A stretch of 64,000 nucleotides of DNA from contig CAVUDW010000002.1 in the NCBI GenBank assembly GCA_963740355.1, positions 1,632,001-1,696,000 on the forward strand, written 5' to 3'. Made by a program: the position numbers and the translations under genes. This DNA is from an uncultured Gemmatimonadaceae bacterium (GTDB lineage: Bacteria; Gemmatimonadota; Gemmatimonadetes; Gemmatimonadales; Gemmatimonadaceae). The notes under the pieces are model-generated. The model saw nothing but the letters and a program-made list of their open reading frames with translations, was not told where the DNA came from and ran no database searches. Shown here in pieces: positions 19,536-33,870 of this stretch (position 1 is the first letter of the stretch; each line of letters starts with the position of its first letter).

Positions 19536-20375
19536 TCAACTGCGCGATGGTTTCCCGATCCAGAGCCGGCTATTGCGCAAGTCGAAGGTCAGAACGTACT
19601 GACTCAAGAAGGGCTGGCCGAGGTTGCCGTCCAAGATCAGGTCCGTGACCAGCACTGGGCTATCGACGGTGATGTCCGGAGTGAGTGCGAAGTGGAGCCG
19701 CTGTTCCTTGATCGCTGGATCGAGGCCGAAGGCGCCTGCGTATTCACGGGCGATCAGCGACACGCCGCCCGCGCCGGAGTCGAGAGTCAACCAGGTGAGG
19801 CCACGTGGAGTGCGAACGCCCATGAATGCATCCAGCCCGCGCGCGGATGCCCCGCGCACGAGGCGAAATGGCATTTCGTGCATCGTCGTGATTCGCCTCG
19901 CAAGGCTCGCGGGTGTTTCAATCGTCAGCGTCGCTGCCTGCTGATCGAGCGTGATGCACCTGCCATCGAATGCATCGAGCGACAGCAGGCCATCCGGCGA
20001 GACGTCACCGCTGAAGCGATCGCCAAAATCGAACTTGCCGACGTCGACCGCTGTCAGCGCAACCTGACCTGCAGTGAGCTGCACGCCGTCGCAGTGTGGA
20101 CCGTCGCCGCGCTGGCCGAACATGTTGAACCCCGTCGTGCGGCCCCAGAAGGTGCAGGTCAGCCGGGATGCAAATCCCTCGGTCACCATTGTATTCCCGC
20201 CGCCGGTGTCGAGGAGAAAGTTGCCTGAGACGCCCTGCACGGTGACGTTCACTTTCCACAACGCTTTTCGGAAGCGCTCGAGTCGAATGACTTGCGGTTC
20301 GTCGCGGGCCACGGTGGGAAGGCCAGCCAGAAGCAGGAGCCCGCTCAGGAGCGCTGACGAGAGGGTCGGAAGCAT
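19536..20375 (-). CDS. Secreted two-domain retropepsin-like aspartyl protease
   Basis: LLDTGG and TLDSGA catalytic motifs, DGLL / GNLGQPFL flaps, signal peptide. Confidence 0.82.
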   Translation of the reverse strand: MLPTLSSALLSGLLLLAGLPTVARDEPQVIRLERFRKALWKVNVTVQGVSGNFLLDTGGGNTMVTEGFASRLTCTFWGRTTGFNMFGQRGDGPHCDGVQLTAGQVALTAVDVGKFDFGDRFSGDVSPDGLLSLDAFDGRCITLDQQAATLTIETPASLARRITTMHEMPFRLVRGASARGLDAFMGVRTPRGLTWLTLDSGAGGVSLIAREYAGAFGLDPAIKEQRLHFALTPDITVDSPVLVTDLILDGNLGQPFLSQYVLTFDLRNSRLWIGKPSRS

Positions 20376-20489
20376 GTTTATCAGAGATTGGGGGGATTGG
20401 CGGGCGCAGTGCCGCGCGCCCGTGCCATCCGTAGGACAGGGGATTGCCCAAATGCGTTGTGTGGGGCGACTCGCCTGCTGTCGGGTTCG

Positions 20490-20544
20490 AATTCCGGTGA
20501 CCGTGCACTCGAATTCGGCGATTGAGTGCACTGTCACCGGTATT
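20490..20544. repeat. REP-like palindrome (imperfect)
   Basis: aattccggtgaccgtgcactc...gagtgcactgtcaccggtatt. Confidence 0.85.
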
Positions 20545-20593
20545 GGGACCGCCCATCACGGTGCCAGTGCACTCCAATCAGCTGCGGAGCGCA

Positions 20594-20977
20594 CTATCGC
20601 CGCAGCGTTGACTCCGAATTACGGCGTCGGCCCCGACTTGCGGCGATGAGCGCTGCACCCACGACGATGCCAGCGACGGTTTGGAGCATGACTTGCTGCC
20701 AGAACCGCCGAGAGTCGGATAAATCGTGCCTGTGCATATCTGCGCCTTGGAGACGCGTGGCGTATCGAACCGGACTTTTGCTGATCTGCGTCCGACCACC
20801 GATGAGATCGCCCGAGGAGAATCCGAGCGTGAGCACCACGATCACCCACCCGCCGATGAGTAGCAGACGTCGGCGCGCGTTCCAACGGATCGGCAGAAAC
20901 TGAGGTAGCCAGTAGTCCGTCTGGCGCCACGCGAACGCGGCGAGGACGATGCTGAACGCGAGGAGGAGATTTGCCAC
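20594..20977 (-). CDS. Small hypothetical membrane protein
   Basis: Three hydrophobic segments; GGGAG RBS before GTG. Confidence 0.55.
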   Translation of the reverse strand: MANLLLAFSIVLAAFAWRQTDYWLPQFLPIRWNARRRLLLIGGWVIVVLTLGFSSGDLIGGRTQISKSPVRYATRLQGADMHRHDLSDSRRFWQQVMLQTVAGIVVGAALIAASRGRRRNSESTLRR

Positions 20978-21082
20978 GAATTCTCCCGTGATGATCGGGT
21001 GGAACCTGAGCCGTTCGTCGATGTTCTACGGCACCGAATGAATCGGAGCGCTCGCGCCGGTGATTCCTGCAACGCTAGCACG

Positions 21083-23245
21083 CTAGGTCGTTCCGAATTC
21101 GATGACCCGCCAGCCGGTTTTTGTTCGCTGAAGCGTGATCAGCCACCGCTCCTCGCGGGACGTCGGGCTACCTCGTACTGGTACGAGTCGCATCGTGACG
21201 TTCGCCTCGATATCGGTATGTGACCCAACTGTAGCGTCGTAGTCGCCTGAGCCGTTGATCGAAACTCCTTGGACTCGGATTCGCACCGACTTCAGCGTCT
21301 TGACCGAGTCCGAAAGCTCCGCAACGTCCTCCTCCGCGACAACAGCAGGGAACCGATTCCTGATCAGGCGCAAGTCGAGTGTTTCATGCGCCCGGGCAAG
21401 CGACTCGACGACAGCCCGCGCCTCCGATGCCAATTGCGCTTGCGTGATAGTTGTCACGAGCGGCGCGCCTCCGCCGCCAGCGACGCGAACCACGATGTCT
21501 ACGCGCCGCCGCCCGGCTTCGCCCGCATCCACCGTAATGAACGCACGGCCCGGAGCGATTGCCGTGACCATTCGCGTGACCGGATCAACGACGGCGACGC
21601 TACTGTCGCTTGTTGTGAAGCTGATTGCGGCGTTCACAGGTCCACCGGTCACAAGACTTTGGACCCAAGTGTGGAGCTGGACGCGCTGACTTGGCCGTAG
21701 CTCGCCCTCGCTTCCCCTGTTGACCACTAGCCTGGTTTGTCCGATTGTCGTGGTCTCCCTCACGGGAGTCGTTACAGCTGCTATGACGGCCTTGTTCGAG
21801 GGCACCGCTCGTCGCGGCGCTGCAGTGTCAGATGTGACCGTGCTTGAAGCACGCTCACGCTCCACCGCTGGCTCACCGCGCAGAAGCGCCCAGCCGCCGA
21901 CAACGGCCCCGAGGACGCCGCCGCCGATCGCGACCAACGGATGGCGTTTTACTGGTGCCGTTCGCGGATCGACGGTCTTTGGCCCGGCGGCACGCGATTT
22001 CGGCGGAGAGGAATCCGTCGCTGCTTTGACAGCGGGCGCCTGCGCAACCTGCCGCCCTCCGTGCCAAATATCTTTGACCGCCGAGGCCTCGATCGCCTCA
22101 GCCTCGCGCACCGGCGGCGCGCTTGGCGTATCGGCGACCGGGCGGGGGAGCGGAATAGGAATGACGGGTGGGCGGAGCGGGTCGCCGAGTGCTGCCCTTG
22201 GCTCCTGTTCCGCGGCCAGATGCACGATCACGGCGCGCACCTGCGAATCGTCGCCGACTGGATATGCCTCCAGAGATTGCAGTGCCTCGGGGATGCTCGG
22301 AAAGCGATCGGTTGGCGACTTCGCCAGCATGCGAAGGATCGTACGCTCCACCGACTCGGGAATAGCAGGCATGACGGCACGAATGGACGGCACTGATTGT
22401 CCGATGTGCCCGGTCATGATGGAAATCGGCGAACCGGAGAACGGAACACCGCCAGTCAGCATATGGTAGGCAACGATGCCCAGTGAATACTGGTCGCTCC
22501 TGCCATCAAGTTCCCCTGCATGACACTGCTCGGGACTCATGTACGCCGGTGTGCCAATCACCATCCCAGTCACGGTGTGTGACGGTGCCGCGGCGACCTT
22601 CGCGATGCCGAAGTCGGTGACGAGGGCATCGCCGTCGCTGGAGAGGAGCACGTTCCCCGGCTTGATGTCGCGATGGATCACGCCGCGGCGGTGCGCGTAC
22701 GCGAGCGCAGTTCCGACCTGGTAGAGAATTGGGCGCGCGATGTCGAGCGGTAGCGCGTGATGGTGGCGCAGGACGGCTTCGAGTGACTGCCCCTCGATGT
22801 ACTGCATGACGAAGAACTGGAGGTCCTGAAGCTGCCGCACGGCGTGCACCGTCACGATGTTTGCGTGCTGCAAATTCGCGATCGTGACGGCCTCCTGTCG
22901 GAACCGATCGATCATCCCCTCGCCCATCAGGAGGCCGGGCGCCATCACCTTGATCGCGACCTTTCGGTTCAGCGCCAGGTCGTGTGCGAGGAACACCGCA
23001 GCCATGCCACCGCGTCCGAGTTCGCGACCGATGTCGTACTCGCCGAGAGTGGCCTGTCGCAGCCGAGCAAGCACGCCGTCCCATGGCGAGTGCTGCGCAG
23101 CGAACGCTATCAACGACGGTGACCAGTTCCCACCAGTCACTAGCCCCACACCGCTGACCGCTGCCCCGCACTGGGGACAGTACCGACTCTGGTCAGAGAC
23201 TGGGCTGCTGCAACTCGGGCAGGTAGCAGTGCGCGACGCGGTCAT
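21083..23245 (-). CDS. Ser/Thr protein kinase with N-terminal zinc ribbon, TM helix and extracellular Ig-like domain
   Basis: CPSC..CPQC; LGRGGM, VAIK, HRDIKPGN, DFG, GTPAYMSPE; Big_2-like SDSSVAVVD. Confidence 0.92.
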   Translation of the reverse strand: MTASRTATCPSCSSPVSDQSRYCPQCGAAVSGVGLVTGGNWSPSLIAFAAQHSPWDGVLARLRQATLGEYDIGRELGRGGMAAVFLAHDLALNRKVAIKVMAPGLLMGEGMIDRFRQEAVTIANLQHANIVTVHAVRQLQDLQFFVMQYIEGQSLEAVLRHHHALPLDIARPILYQVGTALAYAHRRGVIHRDIKPGNVLLSSDGDALVTDFGIAKVAAAPSHTVTGMVIGTPAYMSPEQCHAGELDGRSDQYSLGIVAYHMLTGGVPFSGSPISIMTGHIGQSVPSIRAVMPAIPESVERTILRMLAKSPTDRFPSIPEALQSLEAYPVGDDSQVRAVIVHLAAEQEPRAALGDPLRPPVIPIPLPRPVADTPSAPPVREAEAIEASAVKDIWHGGRQVAQAPAVKAATDSSPPKSRAAGPKTVDPRTAPVKRHPLVAIGGGVLGAVVGGWALLRGEPAVERERASSTVTSDTAAPRRAVPSNKAVIAAVTTPVRETTTIGQTRLVVNRGSEGELRPSQRVQLHTWVQSLVTGGPVNAAISFTTSDSSVAVVDPVTRMVTAIAPGRAFITVDAGEAGRRRVDIVVRVAGGGGAPLVTTITQAQLASEARAVVESLARAHETLDLRLIRNRFPAVVAEEDVAELSDSVKTLKSVRIRVQGVSINGSGDYDATVGSHTDIEANVTMRLVPVRGSPTSREERWLITLQRTKTGWRVIEFGTT

Positions 23246-23499
23246 GTCGAGAGTCGAGTGTGGAGGAGCGGGGCGAACGGCTCTCAGGCAGTGACCGGTG
23301 GACGGCCGTGGCAGTCGATCCGGCGGTCCCGCCGCCCCTTCAGCGGGATAGATAGCATCGTGTCGCCAAAGTGGCACTGGAATCGGGCCCCGCGGCAACT
23401 GGCGGTGCATTCGCCGTGTTTCCGGTGGACCGATCTGGGTATCCTTGTAGGCTAGCCAGCGCACCACTCGGCCCTATCCCGGCCCTTTTCCAGCTCCGC

Positions 23500-25122
<1,623 letters not shown>

Positions 25123-25156
25123 CACTGTCGTAGGGATCGTGTCGCGAAATGCGCCG

Positions 25157-26655
<1,499 letters not shown>

Positions 26656-26806
26656 GTGAGCGGAGTGGAGTACGGGCGCAGCGTCGATGGCGGCGCCTCG
26701 GGCGCCTGGGAAAGCGGAATCTCGGCTCCGGACCGGAATGCACAAGGCGTGTGTCGGGAGGCGATGCGTGCGCTGCGTTCCACGTCCGTCGCGGGGTGCT
26801 CCGGTC

Positions 26807-26865
26807 AGAATTCCGGTGACAGTGCACTCATTTCGTAGAAATGAGTGCACTGTCACCGGAATTCT
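26807..26865. repeat. REP-like perfect palindrome
   Basis: agaattccggtgacagtgcactcatttc-gta-gaaatgagtgcactgtcaccggaattct. Confidence 0.95.
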
Positions 26866-26974
26866 TAGCGCGCATCGCCACGCGCCCAACGGGCGTGATT
26901 GGGAGCGGCCTCGATCGTCCTTGAGTGGCCACCGCACGACTGAAGTGCACCGGAACTCCCCCTGCCACCCGCGC

Positions 26975-27820
26975 ATGCCACGCCGAAAAGTGGAGTTCCG
27001 CACGACCACGGCTCGTAGGGGCTGGATCGGCATGGTGAGCCTCGTCCTGACGGTTGCCGGCTGCAGCAGCGACGGCGACTACCCTCGCGGTTGGGCCCCG
27101 CTGCGGACGCCAGCGACGGTGTCGGGCGTCTCGGGGACCGACCCGGTTGGGCGGGACTGTCCAGATCTGGCTGGACTCTACCGAATCAACGACTCGATCA
27201 TTTTCCGACACCTGATCGCGCGGCGGCTGACTCGCGAGCAACGCGAGATCTCGTGGTTCCGCGTGGCGATCGGAAGCCGCACGGACGACTCACTTCGCGC
27301 GATCGTCGCACGCAACGATCTGCGAGACACCGTCTGGCTCAGGTTCGGACAGGACTTCAACTGCAGCGGCGGTTGGCTGACGGGGGCGTGGCCGGAGTAT
27401 CTGCTGCGAATGCGGCCGAACGACGAGACGGATGACTCGCGCGGCTACCAAAGCCGACTCGACATTTCGCGCGATACCGAGGGCCGGCTGATCGGACGCA
27501 TGACGACGGTGTCGTACAAGCAGGTCGCCGTCTGGTGTGGCGACGGGTGCAGGTACGGGAGGATGCCGTTCACCAGCAAGAAGTCCGTGCGCTGGTTCCG
27601 GATGTCGACCGACCGACTTGCGGATGCCGACAACGGCGAGGAGATGCTCAACCCGACGACCGCAGCGCAGCTGGCGCGAGAGGAAGCGGCGCTGGAAGCC
27701 GGAACGCCGCCACCGATCGATTCCCGTGGAAGTGCAGCACAGATGCGCGTGCGTGCTCTCGAGGCCAAGGCCATGGAACAGGTTCGCCGGGCCGAGAGCG
27801 GCGAGCCCCCGCCTCGCTGA
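26975..27820 (+). CDS. Hypothetical lipoprotein
   Basis: Lipobox VAGC; CPDLAGLY; several Cys; start uncertain. Confidence 0.65.
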   Translation: MPRRKVEFRTTTARRGWIGMVSLVLTVAGCSSDGDYPRGWAPLRTPATVSGVSGTDPVGRDCPDLAGLYRINDSIIFRHLIARRLTREQREISWFRVAIGSRTDDSLRAIVARNDLRDTVWLRFGQDFNCSGGWLTGAWPEYLLRMRPNDETDDSRGYQSRLDISRDTEGRLIGRMTTVSYKQVAVWCGDGCRYGRMPFTSKKSVRWFRMSTDRLADADNGEEMLNPTTAAQLAREEAALEAGTPPPIDSRGSAAQMRVRALEAKAMEQVRRAESGEPPPR

Positions 27821-28041
27821 GCGCGCGCGTCTCGAGCGGGATCGGGAAATCGCAGGGCAGTGTCGCCACCGTTTCGCCCGAGCCGCACACCGAGACGGTT
27901 CGTCGCCGTGGCGCCGACGCGAGCCGCCTCCTATGCTCAGGTCACCCTGTTCGGGCTTCGCTCACGCACGAACGGTTGGCTCACGCATCGATTGCCGCCG
28001 GCCGACGATCGGCGCCTATGGATCGGAGGGAGGAGGCACGC

Positions 28042-29317
28042 ATGTCCCACCCGCGTTGGCGTCGCCATCCCATCGCGCTCGCGCTACTGGTAGGGCTCGT
28101 GGCTTGCACGGAGCCCGAACGCGCCCGTTCCTCTCCCGACCATCGCCATCGCCGTCACCCGCGGGGCCGACTGGTTCGCTTATCGCAATGATGGCGGCAA
28201 CTGGACGCCCCTCGCCGCTGGGCCGGGCGGCCGCTACGAGTTCCTCGCCACGCCGAAGGTGGCGATCGCGTGGGCCATCAACCGCGCGGCGGTCGTGCCA
28301 AGCCTTAGCGTTGAGTACCAGACCGCGGAATCGTTCCTCAATGAAGCCGCACACGCCGGACCGCCGGCGCCGCAATACACCGGCGTCGCGAGCGGCACGG
28401 TTCGCAGCATCCCGATGGGCCCCTTCTACGCCGCGCTCGGCCACGGCCCGGGTCGCGAGCATGTCACTGGTGCCTCCGCGACGACTCCCGCGTTCTCCCT
28501 TCTGACGTGGGCGATACCGATGGACCTCGTGGCGACGATGATCTCAGTCGCCGACTCCACTCGCGAAATCGCGACGGGTGTTCGCGCGATCCTACGTCGT
28601 GATCAACAGCTGTCTCCAGGGAATACGATCGCCGTGGATTTCTCCGACGCCGAAGCCTTCCCACTCGGCAGCGCCACGTTCTCGTGGACCGGCCCGGAAC
28701 TCGGTGTGGCGGTGGAGTTCATTTCGGCGACCGGCTCACGTGCGCTTCTCAGCCGCGTGCAGGAAACCGTCTCGGATAAGGCGCTCATTGCACGCTCACG
28801 CGTCGTCACGCGCATCCCAACGGAACGGCTCGTGGCTGGCGACCTGCATGAGGTGTCATTCGGTGATGGCACGCGACGAGTGACTCGCTGGACGCACGCG
28901 CTGAACGACGCGACGCTCGACCTCGGGCCAACGATCACGCCCCCCGCGGTCACTGTGGCATCGTCGGGGCCAGCCGTCCGTCCGCGCTTCCTGATCCCGG
29001 CGCAGGTGTCGTACGGCGACTTCGCGAGTGCGAGCGCTGAGCAGCGGGGGATCGTCCCCGGTTCGGCGTTCGTCGGCACGCTGCGCCGTGTCTCGGTGCT
29101 CGTCACGAAGGGCTATCTGGGCGCGATACCAGACCGGTGGACCCTCGAGGTGCCTGACCTGAGCAACGTGGCCGGATTCCCGTCCTCGGTGCTGCTTGCG
29201 CCCGGTGGGTTTTCGTGGACCGCGTCGGCGTTCGGCTGCAACTGCGCGCAGCGCGCCGACTCGGTCTTCGACGGCAAGGTCGAACGGCGGTGGGTAGTCA
29301 CCGACACGGTGAGGTAG
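28042..29317 (+). CDS. Hypothetical lipoprotein; apparent extra C at 28135-28137
   Basis: GGAGG RBS, lipobox LVAC; removing one C gives continuous SSPTIAIAVTRGADWFAYRNDGG into ORF 28259..29317. Confidence 0.7.
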
Positions 29318-29323
29318 TGGCGC

Positions 29324-29467
29324 GGACAATCCGGTGACAGGACAATCCGGTGACAGTGCGCTCATTTCGCTGGCATCACAACTCGGGACTGTGTGCGCTG
29401 TCACCAGAATTCCTGGGATTGCGTGCACTGTCACCGGATTTCGACGGGAATCTGTGCACTGTCACCG
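29324..29467. repeat. REP-like cluster with tandem arms
   Basis: (ggacaatccggtgaca)x2 then three gtgcrctgtcacc arms. Confidence 0.9.
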
Positions 29468-29478
29468 CAAGTCGCGAC

Positions 29479-29943
29479 TCAGATCTCGACGCCCGGGAGG
29501 CCGGACGCACGCAGCAGGAGCGAGAGTTGACCGGCGTGTGGCAGGTCGTGATCGAGCAGGCCCCAGATGACCTGGATGTCTGGCCCCTCGTTAGCGTCGG
29601 TAATCTCGTCCATGGCTGAGCCACGCATCAGACACTCGACGATCTTTGCCCAGGTCAGGTCCAACCCTCGCACGATCTCTGCCGCCGTGCGTGGAGGGTC
29701 GCCAGCGTGATCCCAGCTGAGCAAGGGCACGAGCGCGTCAGCCTCCTGGCCGAGCGCGCGGTGCGTGTGGAGCGCGCGTCCGAACACGATGTGTTCTGCG
29801 ATCTCGCCAACGGAGCGCCGGCCCGGGAGTGGGCGTTGGCGCAGCTGTGCCTCAGTCAGCGGCTCGATGGCTCGAACAAGGGCGTTCTGGTAGTCGAGCC
29901 AGGAGGCAAAGGCGCGCGCTTCGGCGATGGCGGCACGGATCAT
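29479..29943 (-). CDS. DinB family protein
   Basis: RSVGEIAEHI and HDLPHAGQL metal-binding His pattern. Confidence 0.85.
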   Translation of the reverse strand: MIRAAIAEARAFASWLDYQNALVRAIEPLTEAQLRQRPLPGRRSVGEIAEHIVFGRALHTHRALGQEADALVPLLSWDHAGDPPRTAAEIVRGLDLTWAKIVECLMRGSAMDEITDANEGPDIQVIWGLLDHDLPHAGQLSLLLRASGLPGVEI

Positions 29944-30238
29944 GGGGCGGAAGCTATCACGGTGTCCGCGCGCTCAAAGCGCTCGAGCTGCCGTCGAAAT
30001 AGCGCGCACCACTGCCGGGTGGTGGCTCGCGCATACCCCGACGAGGGCGGGGTAGAGCAGCCCACCTGCGACACTGCGGTTCAGCAACGTGAGCCATCGC
30101 CTGTCGAAGTGATGACATATCACGAAACCGCATCTGGCGTACTCCGCGTCCAAAGGCCGTCTGGCGTACCCAGCATTTCTGCGTTTATCTCTTGGTAGCA
30201 CTTTATCACTCCAAGTCACCGCTACCCGCCCGCCGTTC

Positions 30239-31723
30239 ATGCCAATTTCGCAGATGCCGCGCCTGATCTCACAACGCGCAATGAGGCTTTCACTCGCGGC
30301 GGAACCTGCTCGACGTGGCCATCGAATTGGCGCGGCTCGCCTGCGGCGTGTCCTGGTCGCCGCATCGACGCTCCTGCTGGGATGTAGCGGAGGCTCCGGT
30401 GGTGAGGTCACGCCGCCACCACTGACCGATACCTCGGCGCCCACCGTCACCATGACGACGCCGGCGAGTGGTGCGGTGGGTATCGCGGTGGACGCGGTGC
30501 TGACGGCATCATTTTCCGAGCCGGTCAATACCACGACGCTGAACACATCGAGCGTAACCGTTGCCGGCAGCGGAAGCGCAGCGCCCGTGACCGGAACCGT
30601 CACGGTCACTGGGACCACCGCGACGTTTACGCCGGCGGCGCCGTTGAGCCCTTCGACCACATACACGGTCACGATTTCCACGGCGGTGAAGGACGTGGCC
30701 GGGAATGCTCTGGCGTCGACCTATGTCTGGAGTTTTACCACCGCAGCACCGCCGGACGTGACGGCGCCGACGATCGTCAGCAGGACCCCATCACCCGAAG
30801 CGACGCAGGTCGCCTTGAGCGTGAAGCCGTCGGTCACCTTCTCGGAGCCGATGCGCAGCGCGACACTCAGCACCGCAACCATCACACTGACGAATGCCGG
30901 CACAGGCACTCCCGTCCCGGGAACGATCAGTGTGAGCGGCGATACGGCGACGTTCGTTCCGACGGCCGCCCTCGAGCCGACCACGCAGTACACGATGCGG
31001 GTCCTGACTGGCGTGCAGGATCTCGCGGGTAATGCATTGAACGCCCCGGCGACCTGGGCATTCAGAACGCTGACTCCAGCATCCGTGGACTACCAGTATC
31101 CGGCGAACGGCGCGATCGGTGTCCCGCAGGACATCGCAGTGACGGCGGGATTCTCTGAGGCGATCGATCCAGCCACACTCACGCCATCGACCTTCATGAT
31201 CTCGGGGCCGGGCGGCGGCGCAGTGTCAGGGATCGTGGTCGTGAATGTCACGAACAATGCCGCAATCTTCTACCCGGATTCGCGCCTGGCGGCGAACACC
31301 CAGTACACCGTCACTGTGAAGTCCACTGTGCGTACCGCCACCGGGAACGCGCTCGGACAGGACTTCACGTGGACGCTGACGACGGAAACCACGGCACCAG
31401 ACAATACGCCGCCTGAAGTATCCTTCACCTCACCACAAGATGGAAACTCGGGTATCGATATCGCGACCAGCATCACCGTGTTGATGACGGAGCGGATGTC
31501 GAATCCCACGATCAATACCGCAAGCGTGACGATAGCGCCTGCGAGTGGCGGTACTCCGCTTCCCGCGGCGATTGCGCTGTTCGGCCTCCGCTTCGTGGTC
31601 ACGCCGTCTTCGCCACTGCTCCCGAATACGCGATACACGGTGTCGATTTCCACGGACGTCAAGGATGTCGCAGGCAACGCGTTAGCCGCTGCCTACCGTT
31701 GGTCATTTACCACGGCGCCGTAG
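30239..31723 (+). CDS. Lipoprotein with four tandem Ig-like (Big_5-type) domains
   Basis: Lipobox LLGC; repeats of DTxAPT...FSEP...TxYTV...VKDxAGNAL...WSFTT; start uncertain. Confidence 0.88.
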   Translation: MPISQMPRLISQRAMRLSLAAEPARRGHRIGAARLRRVLVAASTLLLGCSGGSGGEVTPPPLTDTSAPTVTMTTPASGAVGIAVDAVLTASFSEPVNTTTLNTSSVTVAGSGSAAPVTGTVTVTGTTATFTPAAPLSPSTTYTVTISTAVKDVAGNALASTYVWSFTTAAPPDVTAPTIVSRTPSPEATQVALSVKPSVTFSEPMRSATLSTATITLTNAGTGTPVPGTISVSGDTATFVPTAALEPTTQYTMRVLTGVQDLAGNALNAPATWAFRTLTPASVDYQYPANGAIGVPQDIAVTAGFSEAIDPATLTPSTFMISGPGGGAVSGIVVVNVTNNAAIFYPDSRLAANTQYTVTVKSTVRTATGNALGQDFTWTLTTETTAPDNTPPEVSFTSPQDGNSGIDIATSITVLMTERMSNPTINTASVTIAPASGGTPLPAAIALFGLRFVVTPSSPLLPNTRYTVSISTDVKDVAGNALAAAYRWSFTTAP

Positions 31724-31936
31724 CGACCGAGAAATTCTCGCGGATTGCACCGGCAGTCTGGTAACTGACACTTGGTTGACAGGCGCTGCGCGTGAGGGTG
31801 CAGTTGACATCTCGGTAGCTCACGTGCCGGCGACCGTGCACTGGACATATCATGTGCGCATCACTGGCATGGAGCGCGCCGTCAGCGGAATGGCCCCAGT
31901 CCTGTTCCACGGTCGCCGGGGTACTCGACTCACGAT

Positions 31937-32644
31937 TCAGAAGAAGCGATCCGCCACCAACTTCGAAAACCCCTGCCACCAGACCGTGTGCCCCTGGCCC
32001 GGCATGATCACGGCGGCGATGGTGACCGCGATGTACACCAGCAAGGGTACCGCCGACTTCTTCTTCACCAGATCCACGATCAGCCAGATCAACGGCAAGC
32101 CAAGGAAGAGCAACCCGATGATCGGGCCGGCCACTGGAGGAGGAAAGTGGCCAAACAGGAAGCGACCCAGACCCGGTCCCAGCATAACGAGACCGATACT
32201 GGTGAAGAATCGCAGGTGCCATGCGGGGCGCTTCTTGTAGATGATCCCGAGCGAGTACAGGATCGAGATGAAGACGCATTCCGGGATACCATTGCGGCTC
32301 AACGCAGCGAGTGCATCCGTCTCACTGAGATGATTGACGAGGATGTTCTTCTGGTACTGCGCGCGTGCCATGAGGAGAAAGGAAAACAGGAGCAGCGGCA
32401 TCACGACGTACGACGCTTTGCCCACCTTGCGATGGATCTCGTAATTCTTCGCCCGGATCAGAAATGCCTGGGCAATCAGCATGCAGATCCACACCAGCGC
32501 GATGAGCGCATGGAAGTGGAAGGGCCAGGTGAAACCGTCGAACGCAGGAAAGTGCGAGAAATAGCTCGGGAAGAAGCCGAGCAGCGTGATGATGAGTACC
32601 GCGATGAAAAAGAAGCCGACATTCCGCTGCAATCGCTTTTCCAT
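31937..32644 (-). CDS. Hypothetical multi-TM membrane protein
   Basis: About 7 hydrophobic helices; HFHA, HRKVGK, WHLRF conserved-looking His motifs. Confidence 0.75.
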   Translation of the reverse strand: MEKRLQRNVGFFFIAVLIITLLGFFPSYFSHFPAFDGFTWPFHFHALIALVWICMLIAQAFLIRAKNYEIHRKVGKASYVVMPLLLFSFLLMARAQYQKNILVNHLSETDALAALSRNGIPECVFISILYSLGIIYKKRPAWHLRFFTSIGLVMLGPGLGRFLFGHFPPPVAGPIIGLLFLGLPLIWLIVDLVKKKSAVPLLVYIAVTIAAVIMPGQGHTVWWQGFSKLVADRFF

Positions 32645-32876
32645 GGGCATCCGATGGGGGTTCGCGCCGCTGCTGCCGCTGAACTGCCACACTCGATCGG
32701 GAAGCTTACTAGGCGGCCGCTGGCGAGGTCGGACCGTCTCGAGGCGGGGGCGGGTGCCATGCACGGCGGACCATGGCCTTCGGGCAAGGGCTTGCGAACT
32801 GAAAAACACTTAGGTAATTACAGAAGTATAGAATGGCGGTACGGTTTTCTCGTCGGAGCGATCACCACGCAATCGG

Positions 32877-33230
32877 ATGGTGCGGGACATGGTGCACACC
32901 GCAGTCACAGACGAAGTATTTCACGCCCTGTCGAACCCGACACGTCGAAAGGTGCTGGAGCGACTCTCGGCCGGACCCGCCACCGTCACTGAACTGGCGG
33001 CGCCGTTCGACATGCAGCTCCCCTCGTTCGTGCAGCATCTCTCCGTGCTCGAGCGGAGTCGGCTGGTGCGTTCGAGAAAGCACGGACGCGTGCGGACATA
33101 CGAGATGACGCCCGAGCGCTTCAGCGTGGTCGAAGACTGGCTCACCGCACGTCGGCGCGAGTGGGAGTCACGGCTCGACCGGTTCGATCAGTACGTCAAA
33201 CAACTCAAGGAGAAGGAAGCCCAATCATGA
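32877..33230 (+). CDS. ArsR/SmtB family transcriptional regulator
   Basis: VFHALSNPTRRKVL...ELA...QHLSVLE..GRVR. Confidence 0.93.
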   Translation: MVRDMVHTAVTDEVFHALSNPTRRKVLERLSAGPATVTELAAPFDMQLPSFVQHLSVLERSRLVRSRKHGRVRTYEMTPERFSVVEDWLTARRREWESRLDRFDQYVKQLKEKEAQS

Positions 33231-33715
33231 GCAAGGACTTCGCGTTCAACCCGAAGCTCGATTTCTCGATCGAACGGTTCATCGACGCTCCCACGCGCCT
33301 CGTCTGGGAAGCGTTGACGAAGCCGGAGCATCTGAAGGAGTGGTACATGCCCAAGGCCTGGGGACGCGTCTCGAAGGCCGAGATGGACCTGCGGCCCGGC
33401 GGCATCGTGAGTATCGACATCCTGGTCGGCGACGGTCAGGAGGTTCCCAACGTCGGCTGTGTGCTGGAAGTCGTCCCGTTGGAGCGCCTCGTCTGGACGG
33501 CGATGCTGTTTCCGGGCTATCGGCCGGCAGTGTTCGATGACATTCCGATCACGGCGGTCATGACGATGCAGGCCGAGGGGAGCGGGACGCGGTACGTGTT
33601 CACGGCGCTGCACCGGAGTGAGGCCGATCTCGCCACGAACAAGGAGTCAGGGTTCTATCAGGGGACGGAGATCGCCGTTGATCAGTTGGTGGCGCATGTG
33701 ATGGGGATGAAGTAG
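33227..33715 (+). CDS. SRPBCC/AHSA1 family protein
   Basis: LVWEALTKPEHLKEW, DLRPGG, ERLVWT; ATGA overlap with ArsR gene. Confidence 0.9.
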   Translation: MSKDFAFNPKLDFSIERFIDAPTRLVWEALTKPEHLKEWYMPKAWGRVSKAEMDLRPGGIVSIDILVGDGQEVPNVGCVLEVVPLERLVWTAMLFPGYRPAVFDDIPITAVMTMQAEGSGTRYVFTALHRSEADLATNKESGFYQGTEIAVDQLVAHVMGMK

Positions 33716-33740
33716 GGCGGGGGACATGCGGTGGAGATCC

Positions 33741-33870
33741 GCGAAATCCGGTGACAGTGCACTCAATTCAAGAATTGAGTGCACTGTCACCGGATTTCGC
33801 TCGCACGTCACCGGATTTCCCGGATTTCACCCATTGAGTGCACTGTCACCGGATTTCTGTCGCCGGATTT
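33741..33870. repeat. REP-like cluster
   Basis: gcgaaatccggtgacagtgcactcaattc-aa-gaattgagtgcactgtcaccggatttcgc plus extra right arms. Confidence 0.92.

Noticed and set aside
20575..20612. Hairpin gctgcgg...cgcagc near the end of gene 20594..20977 as an attC
   Set aside because: No RYYYAAC/GTTRRRY boundaries at suitable spacing
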